A stretch of 64,000 bases of DNA from Lama glama. Its lineage: Eukaryota. The position numbers and the translations under genes were made by a program. Below, one piece after another: positions 13,255 to 26,644 of the stretch. Location of the stretch: positions 17,982,001 through 18,046,000 of the forward strand of contig CM052818.1 of the NCBI GenBank assembly GCA_028534125.1, in the 5' to 3' direction. Below the pieces are notes generated by a model that was given only the letters and a program-made list of their open reading frames with translations, did no database searches and was not told where the DNA came from. Positions within the stretch are counted from its first letter, which is position 1, and the number at the start of each line of letters is the position of its first letter.

Positions 13255-14539
13255 TAAACTCAAAATAATTCAAGACTTGAATGTACATCCTGAAACTATA
13301 AAACTCCTAGAAGAAAACACAAAGGGTAGGTCCCTCGACCTCAGTCTTGGCAATAACTGTTTGATTTGACAAGCAAAGGTGGCAAAAGCAAAAACAAACA
13401 AGCAGAACTACATGAAACCACAAAGCTTCTACACAGCAAATAAAACCAACAGCAAAATGAAAAGGCAATTTATGGACTGGGAGAAAGTATTTCCAAATTA
13501 TACATACCAGATAAGGAATTAATATCCAAAATATAGAAAGAAGTCATACAACTCAGTAATGATAAAACCAAACAACCTAATTTAAAAACAGGCATTTTTC
13601 CAGAGAAGACACACAAATGTCTAATAAGTACATGAAAAGGTGCTCGCCATCACTAATCATCAAGGAAATACAAATCAAAACCACAATGAAATATCTCACA
13701 CTGGTTAGGATGTTTATTATGAAAAAGACAAGAGATAATGAATGTTGGTGAGGATGTGGAGAAAAGGAAACTCCTGTGCACTGTTGGTGAGACTGCAAGG
13801 CAGTACAGCCATTATGGAAAACAGTATGGAGGATCCTCAAGATTTAAAAATAGAACTACCATATGATTCAGCAGTCCCACTTTTAGATGTGTATCCAAGA
13901 GAAATACAAACAAGATCTCAAAGCGATATCTGCACTCCCAAGTTCACAGCAGCACTATTCACAATAGCCAAGATGCAGAAACAACCTAGGTGTCTACCAA
14001 TGCTTGAACTGAAGAAAATACATAAATATATAAATGTATATATGAATGTTATTCAGCCATGAGACGACTTTCCTGCTGTTTGTGACACGAATGGACCTTG
14101 AGTACATTTATGCTAAATGAAATAAGCCAGACAGAGAAAGACAAATACTACATGATATCATTTATATGTGAATCTTAAAAAGCCCATCTGAGAGGGACAG
14201 AGAATAGCATGGTGGTTATAAGGGTCAGGGGGTGGGGGAGGGAGATGTTACACAAAGAAGTCACACTTCCAGCTGTAGGATGAACAAGTTCTGGGGGACT
14301 AATACTCAGCATGGTGACTAGTTATCAAAACTGAATCACACACTTGAAAGTTGCTAAGAGTAGATCTTAAATGTTCTCATCACAAAAAAGAAATGGTAAT
14401 TACGTGACATGAAGTAGGTGGTAACTAATGCTATGGTGGTAATCATTTTGCAATATTTAAATGTGTTGTAAACCTTAAACTTACACAAAATCATATGTCA
14501 ATAGTATCTCAATAAAGCTGAAAAAGAGAAAAAATAAAA
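13255..14539 (+). mobile_element. 5'-truncated L1 (L1MA8/9-like): ORF2 C-terminus plus 3' UTR
   Basis: ORF LKIELPYDSAVPLLDVYPRE...ICTPKFTAALFTIAK; 3' UTR ends ctcAATAAAgctg (14511-14516) plus A-rich tail. Confidence 0.92.
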
Positions 14540-15629
14540 TTTGTGCATTGGGTTTTTTTAATAATGTATGGAATAATGATAGTAATTTTTTCTTTAAAAT
14601 TACTATGATGGGTTAATCACAGTAACGTATCACTCAGAAATAAATATATACTAAAAAAATTACAGGGTTTTATTACAGATTGAGATATTCTCTCTTCCAA
14701 ACAGATTACAGCCTATTTAAATTAAAATTTGGACTGCTATTGTCAGGATCCCAATACATGCTAGACAAATTAAAATAACTAATAAGAAAAAAGACCATTT
14801 GGGCATCTAGAATTAGAGCTATTATAAGGTTAATTACTTCTCATGTATTAGAAAATTTGAAATGGAAAAATGCAGGCTACTTCATAATATAGACTTAATT
14901 TAATGCAAAAGAGAAGTAACAAAAGAAAAGAAAAAAGTAGCAGCTAAAAGATGAATTTCACATCCTCATAGAAGCTTTGCAATTCCAAGTCAGAGACTCC
15001 CCCATCCCTAAGTATTTATATTTTAGGTTAAGATATCTAGTAAGCTGATGTTTTCTTTTCCAGTTACTTTCATAATTATAGTCACATTTCATGCTCACTA
15101 GAATACAGTTAGAGCCTAAAGGCAAATTTAAAATTTATGATGAAATGGGAAGAATAAAATGCTGGGGTGAAAGCAATCTTGGCACCATTACTTAATTATT
15201 TTTGGGGTTATTTTTCTACCCTTATCCAAATGAATGGAACTGCAGGCAATATGAGCAAAAGTAAAACCTTGAAATTAACTTAAGCAGCTCATTTTATACT
15301 GCTGACATGTACTGCTTGAGCTCTTTGGGATCAGGTACTATGGACTTAAAATCATTTCTAGGAAGGAGAAAAGGTTTGATTGTGACAGATGACACTGACC
15401 AATTCTCTATAGCTCAAAGTGCCTAGCTGTGCAGTATTACTGTGAAGTGCTTCCAGTCTAATCATTAGGACATAGATAAAGTATTGCTTTTTTTTTTTCC
15501 AACAAAGCATGATTGGCCCTTGGCCAGTAAGAAAGAATCCTTCTCTTCTTAGAGAATTCGCATTGCCCTTTATCTCCTACTTTTCTTACAATACCCATTA
15601 CTCTCTGACAGATTAGGAAATCATCTTAT

Positions 15630-15744
15630 GTGTTAGACTGTAAGGTTTTGTTGGCAAGAACAGAATCTTTGCCATCCCTGTACCCTCACAGCACCTAGAA
15701 CAGAGACTTGTGAGAAGAGGAGTTAGTAATAACTGTCGAATAAA
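15630..15744 (+). mobile_element. L2 3' end fragment
   Basis: ttagactgtaag...ctgtaccctcacagcacctagaacagag...tgtcgaataaa. Confidence 0.55.
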
Positions 15745-17062
15745 ACTCTTTATAGAACATGATAAACTGGCCCCGAATTCCCTTTCTCACTCCATTCTGC
15801 CACACAGGCTGTATGAATGGAGGAGGCCGCTTCAAGCTGTCGTTCTCCAGTGTCTGCACTGTCTCTGTGCCCTGAGGGAAGCACTTCCATCATCACCTGC
15901 CAGGTCTACGGAAATCTCACAGCTTTTCACATATCTAAGATGCATCAGTGCCAGGGAATGAAAACAAATCCAGATAACAAAATTGGAGATAATGATAGGG
16001 AAATGTTTGATGTGAGAAACGTCATAGCCCAAACAGGAAAGAAAAAAAAAAAAAGGAAAAAGCGCTAATAAAGGGATAATCTCAGCATGCTAGTAAACGG
16101 CAGAGAGGTGAAAAAATTCTCCCAGTGTTATGATTATATGGCCTGTTAACTTACTTTTGAATCTTTAGTGGGGGGAAGACTAGAATTCAATGACCTACTA
16201 GACAGATTTAACATTTTCATGACTTTTTTGGGAAAAGAAAAAAAGCTGTCAGTGTAATTCTTTGGAATGGTACATAATTTATGAAGGGGTAAAGCAGTGA
16301 GATATCAAGAAAGAAATGAGATGGATCACAGGCAAATTTCCTTCGAAACAGTGAAGGATGGTACAAAGTGTTACTTATCAAATGTGTTGTCACATGAACA
16401 GGCATCATCACATGTGAAGAAAAATGGCAGTCATGATAACCCCTTCCCTAAAAATGTAAATTGTAGAAGTGCCATTTGGAAGTTCTGCTTCCAAAATAAG
16501 CTCCTGTGTTACTTTCCATTATTCTATGATCTTCCCCATGTACACTGAGGGTGTAACAGAAATAAGGGACGTATTTCCTCGCATAAACTGTCTTCTCCTC
16601 ACTGCACTGACAGTAGATTGAGCGCTATGCCTCTTACTTTTTCTTACTGCTGTGCCTTTGGCCATACTTTCCCGATGACTGGAATGTTCTCTTTTCTCTT
16701 GCCTTTAAATTTTCATAATTGCAGATCATACCTTCTCCTTGCAATATTTTTATCTTTCAATCAATTTTGATATGAGCATTCCTCATATCATTACTGTGGC
16801 ACTTAACAGTGAAGTTTATTTTAAGTCATCATTTCACCGTCTCCTTACAATGGAGCTCAAACTCTTTAAGGTAAAGGGGTTGTGCTTTCTAACTCATGTA
16901 CACATTAGGATTACAATTTCCTATCCGGCTGAACAACTGAAAAACTGGTTATTTCTAACATTTCATTGCTAAGAGTATACTCATGAGACTTGACTGTCAG
17001 GAAGTCACCTCCTAGCCATAACTTTTTGCATAATACATAGTAGTCAGTCAAGATCTGATGGT

Positions 17063-17258
17063 ACTAACTACTATATATAAAAAAGATAAACAACAAGGTC
17101 CTACTGTATAGCACAGGGAACTATACTCAATACCCTGTAATGGTCTATAGTGAAAAAGAATATGAAAAGGAAAATATACATATACACATATTAATGAATC
17201 ACTATGCTGTACACCAGAAATTAACACAACATTGTAGATAAACTATTCTTCAATAGAA
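17063..17258 (+). mobile_element. Cetartiodactyl-type L1 3' end fragment
   Basis: agataaacaacaaggtcctactgtatagcacagggaactatactcaata...tgtacaccagaaattaacacaacattgta; homologous to 38120-38300 in this window. Confidence 0.88.
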
Positions 17259-17993
17259 ACAGATTTGATGATTGCTTAATAGAGACTGTGGACTTTGGAT
17301 TTGGTGAGGCGAGAGTCCACAGCCACTGCTCCCTGAAGTCTCTGGGATATTCACCAGGTGCACGCACAAGTGGGTAAGTGGGTAGCACAGAAGCCTGGAT
17401 CTGCTTCCCCCCGGCACTGACTGAGTGTTCGCATCATGCACACTGTTAAGTTAAACCCTTGAGGAAAAAGAAAAATGACTGCTTGCTCTTAAGGTGTTTT
17501 TATCTAAACAGGAAATCCAGTTGATACATATATATAAATATCTATCTCCAAACAATGTGGTATCAACAACTTAACTTCTGCAGGCCTCAGTTTCCCATCT
17601 GTGAAATGGCGAGATCCCAGGAATCAGCTCACTTGGCTAATCTGAGTATGCAACCAGCAAATCTAAAGTCACGTCTTTAACAATGTGTATGGTGCTGTAA
17701 GTACTTAATAGAATAGCTACTGCTTTTATTACTGCTATGCTGTTGTTCTTATCATTGACTTGTATTTTCTGTTCTTGCTATTACTGTGATTGTCATTAAC
17801 TTGGACTTTACAGAAAATTAAAATATATTTATAAACTTCTCTGAATACTAAGTATTAGTGGGGCCACATTACCAAAATTAAGTACTGAAAAGAGCTGAGT
17901 ATTAGCCTTTCAGCAGTTTCAACTATGGGCTCAGTATCTACGTTAGATACACACAAATTCCGCTGCACTGGATACGATGGATGTGACGGGTAC

Positions 17994-18535
17994 TGTTCTG
18001 GTTATGCGGAGATAGATGAAGATTAGCCAAGTGAGAAAAGCAAAAGCTATTCATTCAGTTTCCTATAGCAAGGAAGTCGGCCACTGTCACTGGTGCTTGG
18101 TGGAGACTCAAAGGCAGGCAGAGGACTGGGAAAGCTTTATAAAGATCAAATGCGGAGGCCTCAGGCGTGCCCTGACTGGAGGCAGCTGGAATGCGGAAGC
18201 TGTAGGTACACCAACTAGAAGTAGGGCACCCTGTGTGACTGGCTAAGGGGCATTATTTGGCTTTCTCCGGTTGGCCCTAAATCCAAAGTGGGGACAAATA
18301 TTTGGAAAGTTGTCAAGTCATTCCTACTTGGGGATAATTGTTACAAGGACTATTGACTGGATTCCTGGATTGCTGCTAAAGATAGCAGTCTGACTTCGTA
18401 CAAATCTGATTTATAGCAAAATAGCTTCCTAGACTGGTTATTACAGATAACAGGTTGGTTTCCTGCAAGATGTGGGGCAGAATCCTCATTTTATGTACGG
18501 TCTGGTTATTGTCCACTTGCATATTTAGCCTCTCA
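17994..18535 (-). mobile_element. ERV1-class solo LTR (subfamily not assigned)
   Basis: ~540 bp; reverse complement starts TGAGAGGCTAAATATGCAAGTGGAC and ends ...AACA; internal aaccagtctaggaagc-type repeats typical of eutherian ERV1 LTRs. Confidence 0.7.
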
Positions 18536-18544
18536 GAAGCACAG

Positions 18545-18745
18545 GGTCTGACCCTGGAGGACATGCCTTACTAAATGTGTGGCACTTGGACAAGCTGGTA
18601 AATCTCTGTGTGCCTCAGTCCTCTAATCTGCCAAATGGAATTAGAATAGTCATTAATTTATAGGATGATTGTGAAAATTAAATGAGTTACCATACATAAA
18701 GTACTTAAAACAGTGCCCAGCACATAATAAGCATCAGAATATTTT
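18545..18745 (+). mobile_element. MIR SINE
   Basis: tctctgtgtgcctcagtcctctaatctgccaaatgg...gtgaaaattaaatgag...aaagtacttaaaacagtgcccagcacataataagc. Confidence 0.85.
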
Positions 18746-18959
18746 CTTACTAAATGATCAGTAGAATAGAATACCTGTTGGATATGATTCATAAGATGTT
18801 CCATTCCTCCAACTGTCTCTTAAATTACAATGGTTCCAACGTTTTGTACAAATAAAATTCTTTCCCTTAAGTTACAATAGTATCATTAGCAAATTCCCAC
18901 TAAAGAGCAGATACAATTCCTAGGAGGCTATGCAGGTTCTCAATACTTTACTAATTTTT

Positions 18960-19375
18960 GCCATGTGATTTGACAGTGCACTTGAGTGGGTGGAGTATAT
19001 ACTTCACTACCCCCATCCATATTGAACTTGGTCATGCAACTTGCTTTTGTTAAAGAAATATTTGTGGACATTATGTGAGCAGAGGACTTAAATGGATTTG
19101 CACAATTTGGCTCCATCTCATGTTCCTATGGTTATCATGAGAAATGTGTATTCTAGAAAGCTACTGTCCCTTTAGCCTGAGCCCCAGAAAGAGTTCAATG
19201 AAGCAAATCTAAATCTGACCAGAGCTTAGAGCCAAGTCCAGCCTACCCTGAAGCAGAGCACCTTAGCTGATCCTCAGATCTGTGTTAGAAAAATAAATGC
19301 TTACTGTTATAAGACAATGGATTTCAGAGAGTAGTTTGTTATGCAGCATTATCACAACAACAACAGGCTAATAGA
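18960..19375 (+). mobile_element. MaLR LTR (old MLT1 subfamily)
   Basis: cttggtcatgcaacttgctttt...aaataaatgcttactgttataag...gtttgttatgcagcattat...gctaata. Confidence 0.8.
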
Positions 19376-20233
19376 GAAGAATAATAGGTTAAATCTTTCC
19401 CTCACATTTTGTCATTATTGGATAAAATGAGCTGTTTGTTTCTTTAATGAGAGGAATCAGGAGATGCTTAGACAGAGAACAGTAATATTCTGATAAGGCA
19501 GAGCAACTGGGAAAGTTGGCGAAGCACTGCCAGAGTGATATTTTGCTAGCTGGCGATGGGAGAGGTTTCAGATGTTTGAAGATATTAGGTTCACAGAGGG
19601 AGGAGTTCTAATGAGTGTGAGATCGAGTGGAAGCAGACAAGGAGAGGGAGTGAATGTAGATTTTACTTCCTTGTTTTGAATAGGATCAATGAAAGAGTTA
19701 ATATGCCTCCCCAAAGTGAGTATTTCCTAACAGCAGGAAGAAACCTGTACTTAGAAATAAAAATTATTTACGACTAGTAATAATCAGAAAGAAAAAATGT
19801 ACTTTTGAAAAAAATCTTAAATAATTTCATGGAAGAAATTCAACCAATTGACTCATGCTGGCTGTTAGCATTTCATATTTATGAGTACACGAAAGCACGG
19901 TCTTTAGAAATACTGTATGTATTTGAACTGCTTTTGCAGTTCCAGCATCAGATTAAAATTTAATTCTAGGCAACTCCTGATGATTTTGTTTAGAATATCA
20001 GCCTTTGCAGTGAAGTCAGTCAGCATGGTGCAGCAAAGACCTTCTTATGTTTTTCAGGGTCTCATGTAGGTAAAGCTTCTGAGTGAAACATCAGAATATA
20101 CGCAGGCAGAAACATTATTTTCTTGGCAATGCAGAACCACTGCCGTATGCTCCAAACCGGCAAGGTGTGCAGTTATTCATAATTATCCTTGTTCACCAGA
20201 GATCTCAGGGTTTCAGGTGCTGGTCACACTTAC

Positions 20234-20412
20234 CTAGTGGGTGGGCTTGGCTGCACCCCCATCAACCCTAATTCAGCATGCTTCTTTTAACCAACATTTT
20301 TATTTGGCAAAGCAATACGCTCAGTGGATTCACTGTCAGCACAATGCAGGGCTTAAAATAAAATCTGCATTGTTCTAGTTGCTTTTCTTCTTACTTCAAG
20401 AACAAAGGGACA
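20234..20412 (-). other. Candidate non-coding internal exon (179 nt)
   Basis: Minus-strand acceptor CTTAACCATTTTCTCACTTTCATCAG| (AG at 20414-20413) and donor TAG|GTAAGT (20233-20228); no recognisable peptide. Confidence 0.25.
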
Positions 20413-22174
20413 CTGATGAAAGTGAGAAAATGGTTAAGTTAAATGCAATAAGCATTAGTCACACCAATATCTGCCAAATGCGGGACTTATAAAATTTTTA
20501 AATTTTTGATGATTTTCAAGGTAGAAAACTATCCCAATTTGTTCTTAATTATGCTTAATAACAATCATCATTGAGCATATTTTTCTAAGTTTATTATCCT
20601 TTTAAAACTTATTTTAAGTGAACTCACTGGTCATATGTGTTTTCATTTAAAAGGTGTATATTTTTCTTTTCCTTACTGATTTCTAGAAGTTATTTTCCTT
20701 TGGTGGGAAATTAATAGGAAGGAACGAAGGAAGGAAGGAGAGAAAAGGAAAAATTCGCTTATCAAGAATATACTTTTCAAATACAATATATTACCGTGAG
20801 CTGGTAAATAAAGTCACTTCAGTCTGGACATGTGTTTGGAATGTGTGTTCTGTGGAACCACAGTGCTGGGCGCTACAGGGTAGAGGTAGAAAGAAAGGCC
20901 AGAGAACTGAAGAACTCACCAATAAGGGTGAGAATTTGTTCCTTGCCTTAAAAGGGCTGGGCCTCAGGTATGATATACCTGAAAATCTTATATTTTCTTG
21001 AGTAATTTTTTTTGGTAATTTGATATGTTTCTTTAAAAAAAATGAATTTCTCTTTGTGCGGTATTACTGTTCAAAGTATTCCCTGCCTCTCTCTGGGATG
21101 GTTGATACTTCCCCTTCCCATTGATGGCAAGCTTAGCCCTGTGACCTGTACATCCCCATTCTGAAATGCTGCAGTTTTGGAAGGCTGGCTCCCAGGGTGA
21201 CAGCATGGTGGAGTACAGCCATGCTGACCTGATGGACACATGACCTGAATGACAAACTTTTTTGGGATTTGAGGGGCATCTGTTACATCAGTATACTTCA
21301 AGCTAAGAGTTTATTTCTCATTCAGATTATACAGAGCAATGAATCTAGTTGCTTCTTTTTAGGGGGGATTTTGAAAGATAACATTCAATAAGTATGGTAG
21401 GATAAGACTATTGAACACCTTTAAAGCTAGTTAAAATAATTCTGAATTGACCTTGTAAGCAATGGAGAGCTTAAGATTTTATAAGCAAATAGAGTGTATC
21501 TTCCACTTTGAGCCAGCTGGTAGACTGAGAATTATAGGGTAATCAGTTTAGAGAATATTTATTACAATAATACAAACAAAATTTGAAGGGTGAATTAGAG
21601 CGGGGGCAGTAGAAAAGAAAAGAAGCAAGACAGGTAGAAAAAAACAGAATATTATTCATTCTCATTTGGCTTTATGCATTGGACAAAATTTTTAGCTTAA
21701 TAAAAATTCTGAAAATCTCCCAGACTGGATCTTTCAGACACAATGTCTACCATCTGGGGTGTTTCCTTGAAAACATCTGGATAGTGATTAAATATCATGG
21801 TTTCCAAGTAAACGTCTAGCATAGTATATATACAACATTGGAGTAGAACTACGATCAATTTCAAACTAGAATAAAATCAACAATTCCCAGGAATGCTTAC
21901 GGTTATAAAATTAAATAACTATAAATCTCCTATTTTTTTACTTTAACCCAGATGTGGTATTACATATGTATTCATAATGATATCTAATCATCATGTGCTT
22001 TGAGAAAAAAATTTTCCCTGAATCACTATCATTTTTCCCTTAAAACAATACTCATGCTTTTTTTTTTAACGTGTGTTTGTCTGTGTGTTTTATTTTGTTA
22101 GAAATTTGATTCAGTGCTTTGAGTTGGGAACAGAAGGTCGAGCTTGAGAACTTGTATCCTGCTTGTGATTTCTA

Positions 22175-22715
22175 ATTTCCTTCCCTCCCTTCCTTCCTTC
22201 CACAACTGTTGACAACCCACCATGTACCACGTACAACACCAGGCATTAGGGAAGCAGCAGTGAACAGAACAGAATGAAGGGTCTGCCTTCTTGAAGCTTC
22301 CATTGTTGTGAGGAAGAAGAAAAAAATACACATACAAATATGTAACACAATGGCAAATGTTAAGCCCAAAAGAAGAAAAATAAAACTAAAGAGGAGCAAG
22401 GTAGCATTTTGGAGGGGACATTGGAGGAATTTCTCTTTGTATGTCATATGAGCAGAGACCTGAATGACGTAAGGAAGTAAGCCAAGCAAATGCATGAGGG
22501 CAAATTGGCTCAAGCAGAACAACTGGCAGCACAAAGGCCCTGAGATCAGAGTGTGCTTCACATGTTGGAGGGATCAAGGAAACCATTGGAGCTAAAGGAG
22601 AGTGAATGTGAGACTGGAGGAGGTGCAGTCAGAGGGAAACAGTGGGAGAGATCATAAAACAGCTTGTGGGACATGGTAAAGGCTTGGATAACACCTGACT
22701 TATGTTTTAAAATGC
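22175..22715 (-). mobile_element. L2a LINE 3' portion
   Basis: ccaggcattagggaagcagcagtgaacagaacaga...gagcagagacctgaatga...aaaggccctgagatcagagtgtgc matches the reverse complement of the L2 3' end. Confidence 0.85.
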
Positions 22716-22719
22716 TAGA

Positions 22720-22935
22720 TGTGTGGCACTAGAGCCAGATGCCCGTGTATGAAATCCTACCCTAGGAGGGACACTTGTCAAATTACTTAATTGCTCTGGA
22801 TCTCAGTTGCTTCACATGTCAAAAGGGGCTAATTACTGTAATTCTATAGGGATGTTGTGAAGATTTTACAAAAAGTAATTTAGGTAAAGCTCTTAGCATG
22901 ATGCCTTGTACACAGCAAATGCTCAATAAACATTC
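22720..22935 (+). mobile_element. MIR SINE
   Basis: aaattacttaattgctctggatctcagttgcttcacatgtcaaaagggg...aaagctcttagcatgatgcc...aaatgctcaataaa. Confidence 0.8.
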
Positions 22936-24555
22936 TTTACAGTTTTTGTTATTAATATTGTTGCCTAATCATCATTATCACTAAGTGAGCCTACCAAAAG
23001 CATCAAGAAGGAAGAAGACAATTGTGTCAGAGAATGTAGTGACAAAGTATGGAGAAGACTGAGAAACTGATGGATTATATGACAGGACATAATCTCTAGT
23101 TGTTGAAATAAAATTTTCAAAAATAGGAGAGGACAATGGCCAAATTTTTAAAATGCCTTTGTTGTATCTGATTTTATTTGTATTACTTCTGCTTTATCTT
23201 TTTCTTTATAAGCTATAATAGTGTAAAAACCAAGCGGAGTAATATGTGATCTTTGACATAACTTCCATAACACATTTAGTAGTCTTGTCTAATTTACTGC
23301 AGAAGTGTTAGAAACAAGAGTATGTGTGAAGCAATTAACCAAAAATATGTCACTACTTGCCCTCACATGGTCCTGAAGTTAGAGTGCTGAATGCTATTTT
23401 AGTCAGATCTGTTTCTCACTTTATTTGTTAAACTTTTAATCAAAATAAATTTGATCATACATAGTCACTGTCAGTGAATTATGAAAATGGAATTTTCTTT
23501 ATAGCCACGGTTGTTAGAGACAGTTCTATTTATGCATTTTAGTTCAGATTCTAACGTTTATTTTATGTTTAAAACTATAGATTAGCCAAGAGAAATAAAT
23601 TTAGAGAATGCATACTACCACTGAATTATTTAGTAGGCTGAAAGCCTTATTTCATTTTCCTATGCAGACCAGTTAGAAAAAAGTGGAATTCCTTTTTAGT
23701 TATGTTGTACAGTATTATGATACTGTCTGGAGCCAAGTTGGGCTGTTAGGTTGGCCACGTGAATTTTATACAAAATTAAAATGCAAGTAGTTTCCAGTAG
23801 GATCAGAATGCTTTTAAATATCTGGTTTGATGACTTGGATTCTGGGCTGGAGATGGGCAGGGGGGTCGGGGGAGGGTGCAGCTTAGAGGAGCAGAGTGAT
23901 ATGAAAGCCCATTAGCTAAAATTAGCTTGTAATAGGCTGAAAGGGGTTTTCATACCTGAAGTCATCAGGCCAGCCCATCATGCAGCCATTCCAGATGACC
24001 ATTTAAAATGTTGGAGGAGCATGATCTCAGCCAGAGAAGACAATTACTGACTTACAGAGGCACCAGCTCCAAATGGAAACCACATGAATAGTGCCTAATA
24101 TTCAGGCAGAGTGCGTCAGCTTGTTGATCAATCAAGATGTCTTTCATTACAGTATTATTGTAATTTTTTAGCATTTGTATTATTAAGCACACCAAGGGAG
24201 AGCCATGTTTACTATTCCCTTTTTGTTTTGTTTTGTTTTGAGATTTAAATATTAGGAAAATAGAAAATTCAAGACTAACAATATGTGTATTATCTAGATT
24301 CACTCTGTGTGTAAGTATGCATGCTTTTGCCAGGTCTCTTTCAAGCCAGAAGTAGACAAAAGAACACACAGTAGTAGCAGGGTTCAAATCTTACTCCTTC
24401 CAATATCTGGAAGATGTCTTCTGTTGAAATCAGCCCAACTTAAAGAAAAAGTACCAAAGGCACTGAACTGAGAGCCAACATTTGCTAGACTAATAGGAGA
24501 TTATGTACATACAAATATGTATGTATATCACACGCATATATATTATACATTTATA

Positions 24556-24650
24556 TATAAATATACATCAAATAGACATTTTATCTTACTATATTTTATC
24601 TACATAAAATATAAAATAGATAAAATATGTCTATTTGATATGTATTTATA
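24556..24650. repeat. Imperfect AT-rich palindrome (inverted repeat)
   Basis: tataaatatacatcaaatagacattttatcttactatattttat-ctac-ataaaatataaaatagataaaatatgtctatttgatatgtatttata; arms pair with a few indels. Confidence 0.85.
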
Positions 24651-24749
24651 AATTAAAAATACATATATTTGGTGTATATTTAGCCATATATGTAGAAAAA
24701 AGATGGAAAATTTAAGTTTTATATATTTTTGGAAAGTCAAATATCATTT

Positions 24750-24870
24750 TTATTTCTTTCAGCTTTGGTAAGCTATAACTGATGAATGAAATTGCAAGGT
24801 ATTTAAAGTACACACTGTGATGATTTGATATATGTATAAGTTGTAAAAGGATTCCTCCCATCTAGTTAAC
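24750..24870 (-). mobile_element. L1MA-type 3' end fragment
   Basis: tttcagcttt...tataactga...tatttaaagtacacactgtgatgatttgatata...ttcctcccatctagttaa. Confidence 0.65.
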
Positions 24871-26644
24871 TGAAAAACTTTAACAAGAAATTTTTATTTC
24901 TGTAACAAGATTATGTACAACAGAAATGAATTGTTTCAGGAGTCTTGTTGCAAAATAACAATGATGCCACTGAGATGCTTGAGAAGCAAGCAGAAAGAAA
25001 CCTAGAGCAGAAAGGTGGGAAAGGGATCTTTCCATTGTCAGAAGTTGCTTTCCTCCTTTGAGTAAGCTTATAGATTGAAGTCTTGAGAAATCAAAGAGCT
25101 GTACATGTATCATTTCAGGGCACCATGGATACCTATGACCTCTATCCACCATTTAAAGCTTAATTACTGACAGAAGTCTATAGAAATACAACACACATTC
25201 TCATCTTCATATGGGTATAAAAATTACTCTGCCTATCAGGATGCAATGATACTGCAGAAATTTAACACTGAAGAGCACTATGAGTGTTAGAATGAAGAAA
25301 CCATAATAAGTGGGACCAAGACTAGCAGGTTTTTAAAAAATTGTGTATTAGCAAGTTTTTCTTGAGTCTATTATGTGCTGTGTGAGACACAGGAGACTCA
25401 GTGTATAGAGTATCAATCATCATATCTGGACATCCTTAAATAGACTTTGAGAATCGTTCTTGAGCAACAACAAAATAAATCTGTGTGCCACTTTTGTTGG
25501 GTGAACTTTGCTAGCTTTCCACTTGAGTCTGTGCCATTGAAATTATAGGTATGTATGTGAGATAATTTAACAAGACTGATTCAGCAAGATTGATGTCCAA
25601 CACCAAATATATTAAACCTGTAACTGCCTCTGTGTGCAGCAGAACATATTATCTCACACTGAAGATGAAGTTCATCTGGAAATTAATCCATTATTTTATT
25701 ATTAATATGTTTATGTTAGGTCACAGGCTTTCCATATTAAAGCTAAAACCTTTCCTGAAAATATTGTATAAGACTTTAAAAGCACACCTATATACCCAAC
25801 CAAAGATAAAGTAAAACACACAAAAGTTATTTGATCCTCAATGTCTTAACTTGGTTACTTTTGCCTCTTCATCTTCTCCCCCAATTGAATTCCTATAAGC
25901 CATCAACTTCATCTTTTACTTTTTATTGATGTTCTCAGTAGTGGATGGCAACCCAATGAATTTTTTCATGTTTAGACTTATGCTTTCTCTACAGCAGTGC
26001 TGCTAAATGGACCTACTAAATTCTTTAATTCAAAGGAATGCATGTTTGACTACTTCACTCTCTTCATGGAATGAATGCTGAGAATATTAGTGTTATGCAG
26101 AAAATATTAGTTGTCGTCTAATTTTACAGTTAGTTTACTGAGACTATGGCCAGGAAATCCATTGCTTGAATACCTTCTGTGAATTGGCCTACAATTTGAG
26201 AAATACATGCTCAGTGTTTCAAATGGTACAATCAACAAGAGGAAATGGATACAGAATTAGAAATAAAATGGAAAAAATAAACATATCTCATGAGATCCTT
26301 CCTTAAAAATATTTCTCCATAATATAAGAAACACTTAAACACTTGCTCATGACTTTCTACCTCTTTCCTAAATGTCTCTGTGTTAAAATCTGTTAACTAT
26401 ATCAATTAGTATTTTTGGGTATCAGTTTTAATTGGCTAGAAAACTAACTTCTGGAACATTGCCTTCTGATATTTAACAATTATTTTCAGTGCTATAATAA
26501 CTCTTCTTTTATGTCCTAAGCCTTTTATGTGACTATAGAAATGCAGTCTTGAGTTGCTCACAGTTGCAAAATTTGGCAAGTATCTGATTAACTATTAGTG
26601 GAGGTAGGATGAATTTAAGAAAAACCTATTTTATGCAAAGATAA

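Noticed and set aside
13742..14062. 106-aa ORF, and similar ORFs at 26753-26983, 37628-37897 and 63339-63548
   Set aside because: Decayed L1 ORF2 C-terminal fragments, not host genes.
21033..21301. ORFs and a small hairpin (CAGCATGG...CCATGCTG) in unique sequence
   Set aside because: No recognisable protein or flanking splice sites; an 8-bp stem is too short for a pre-miRNA and is expected by chance.
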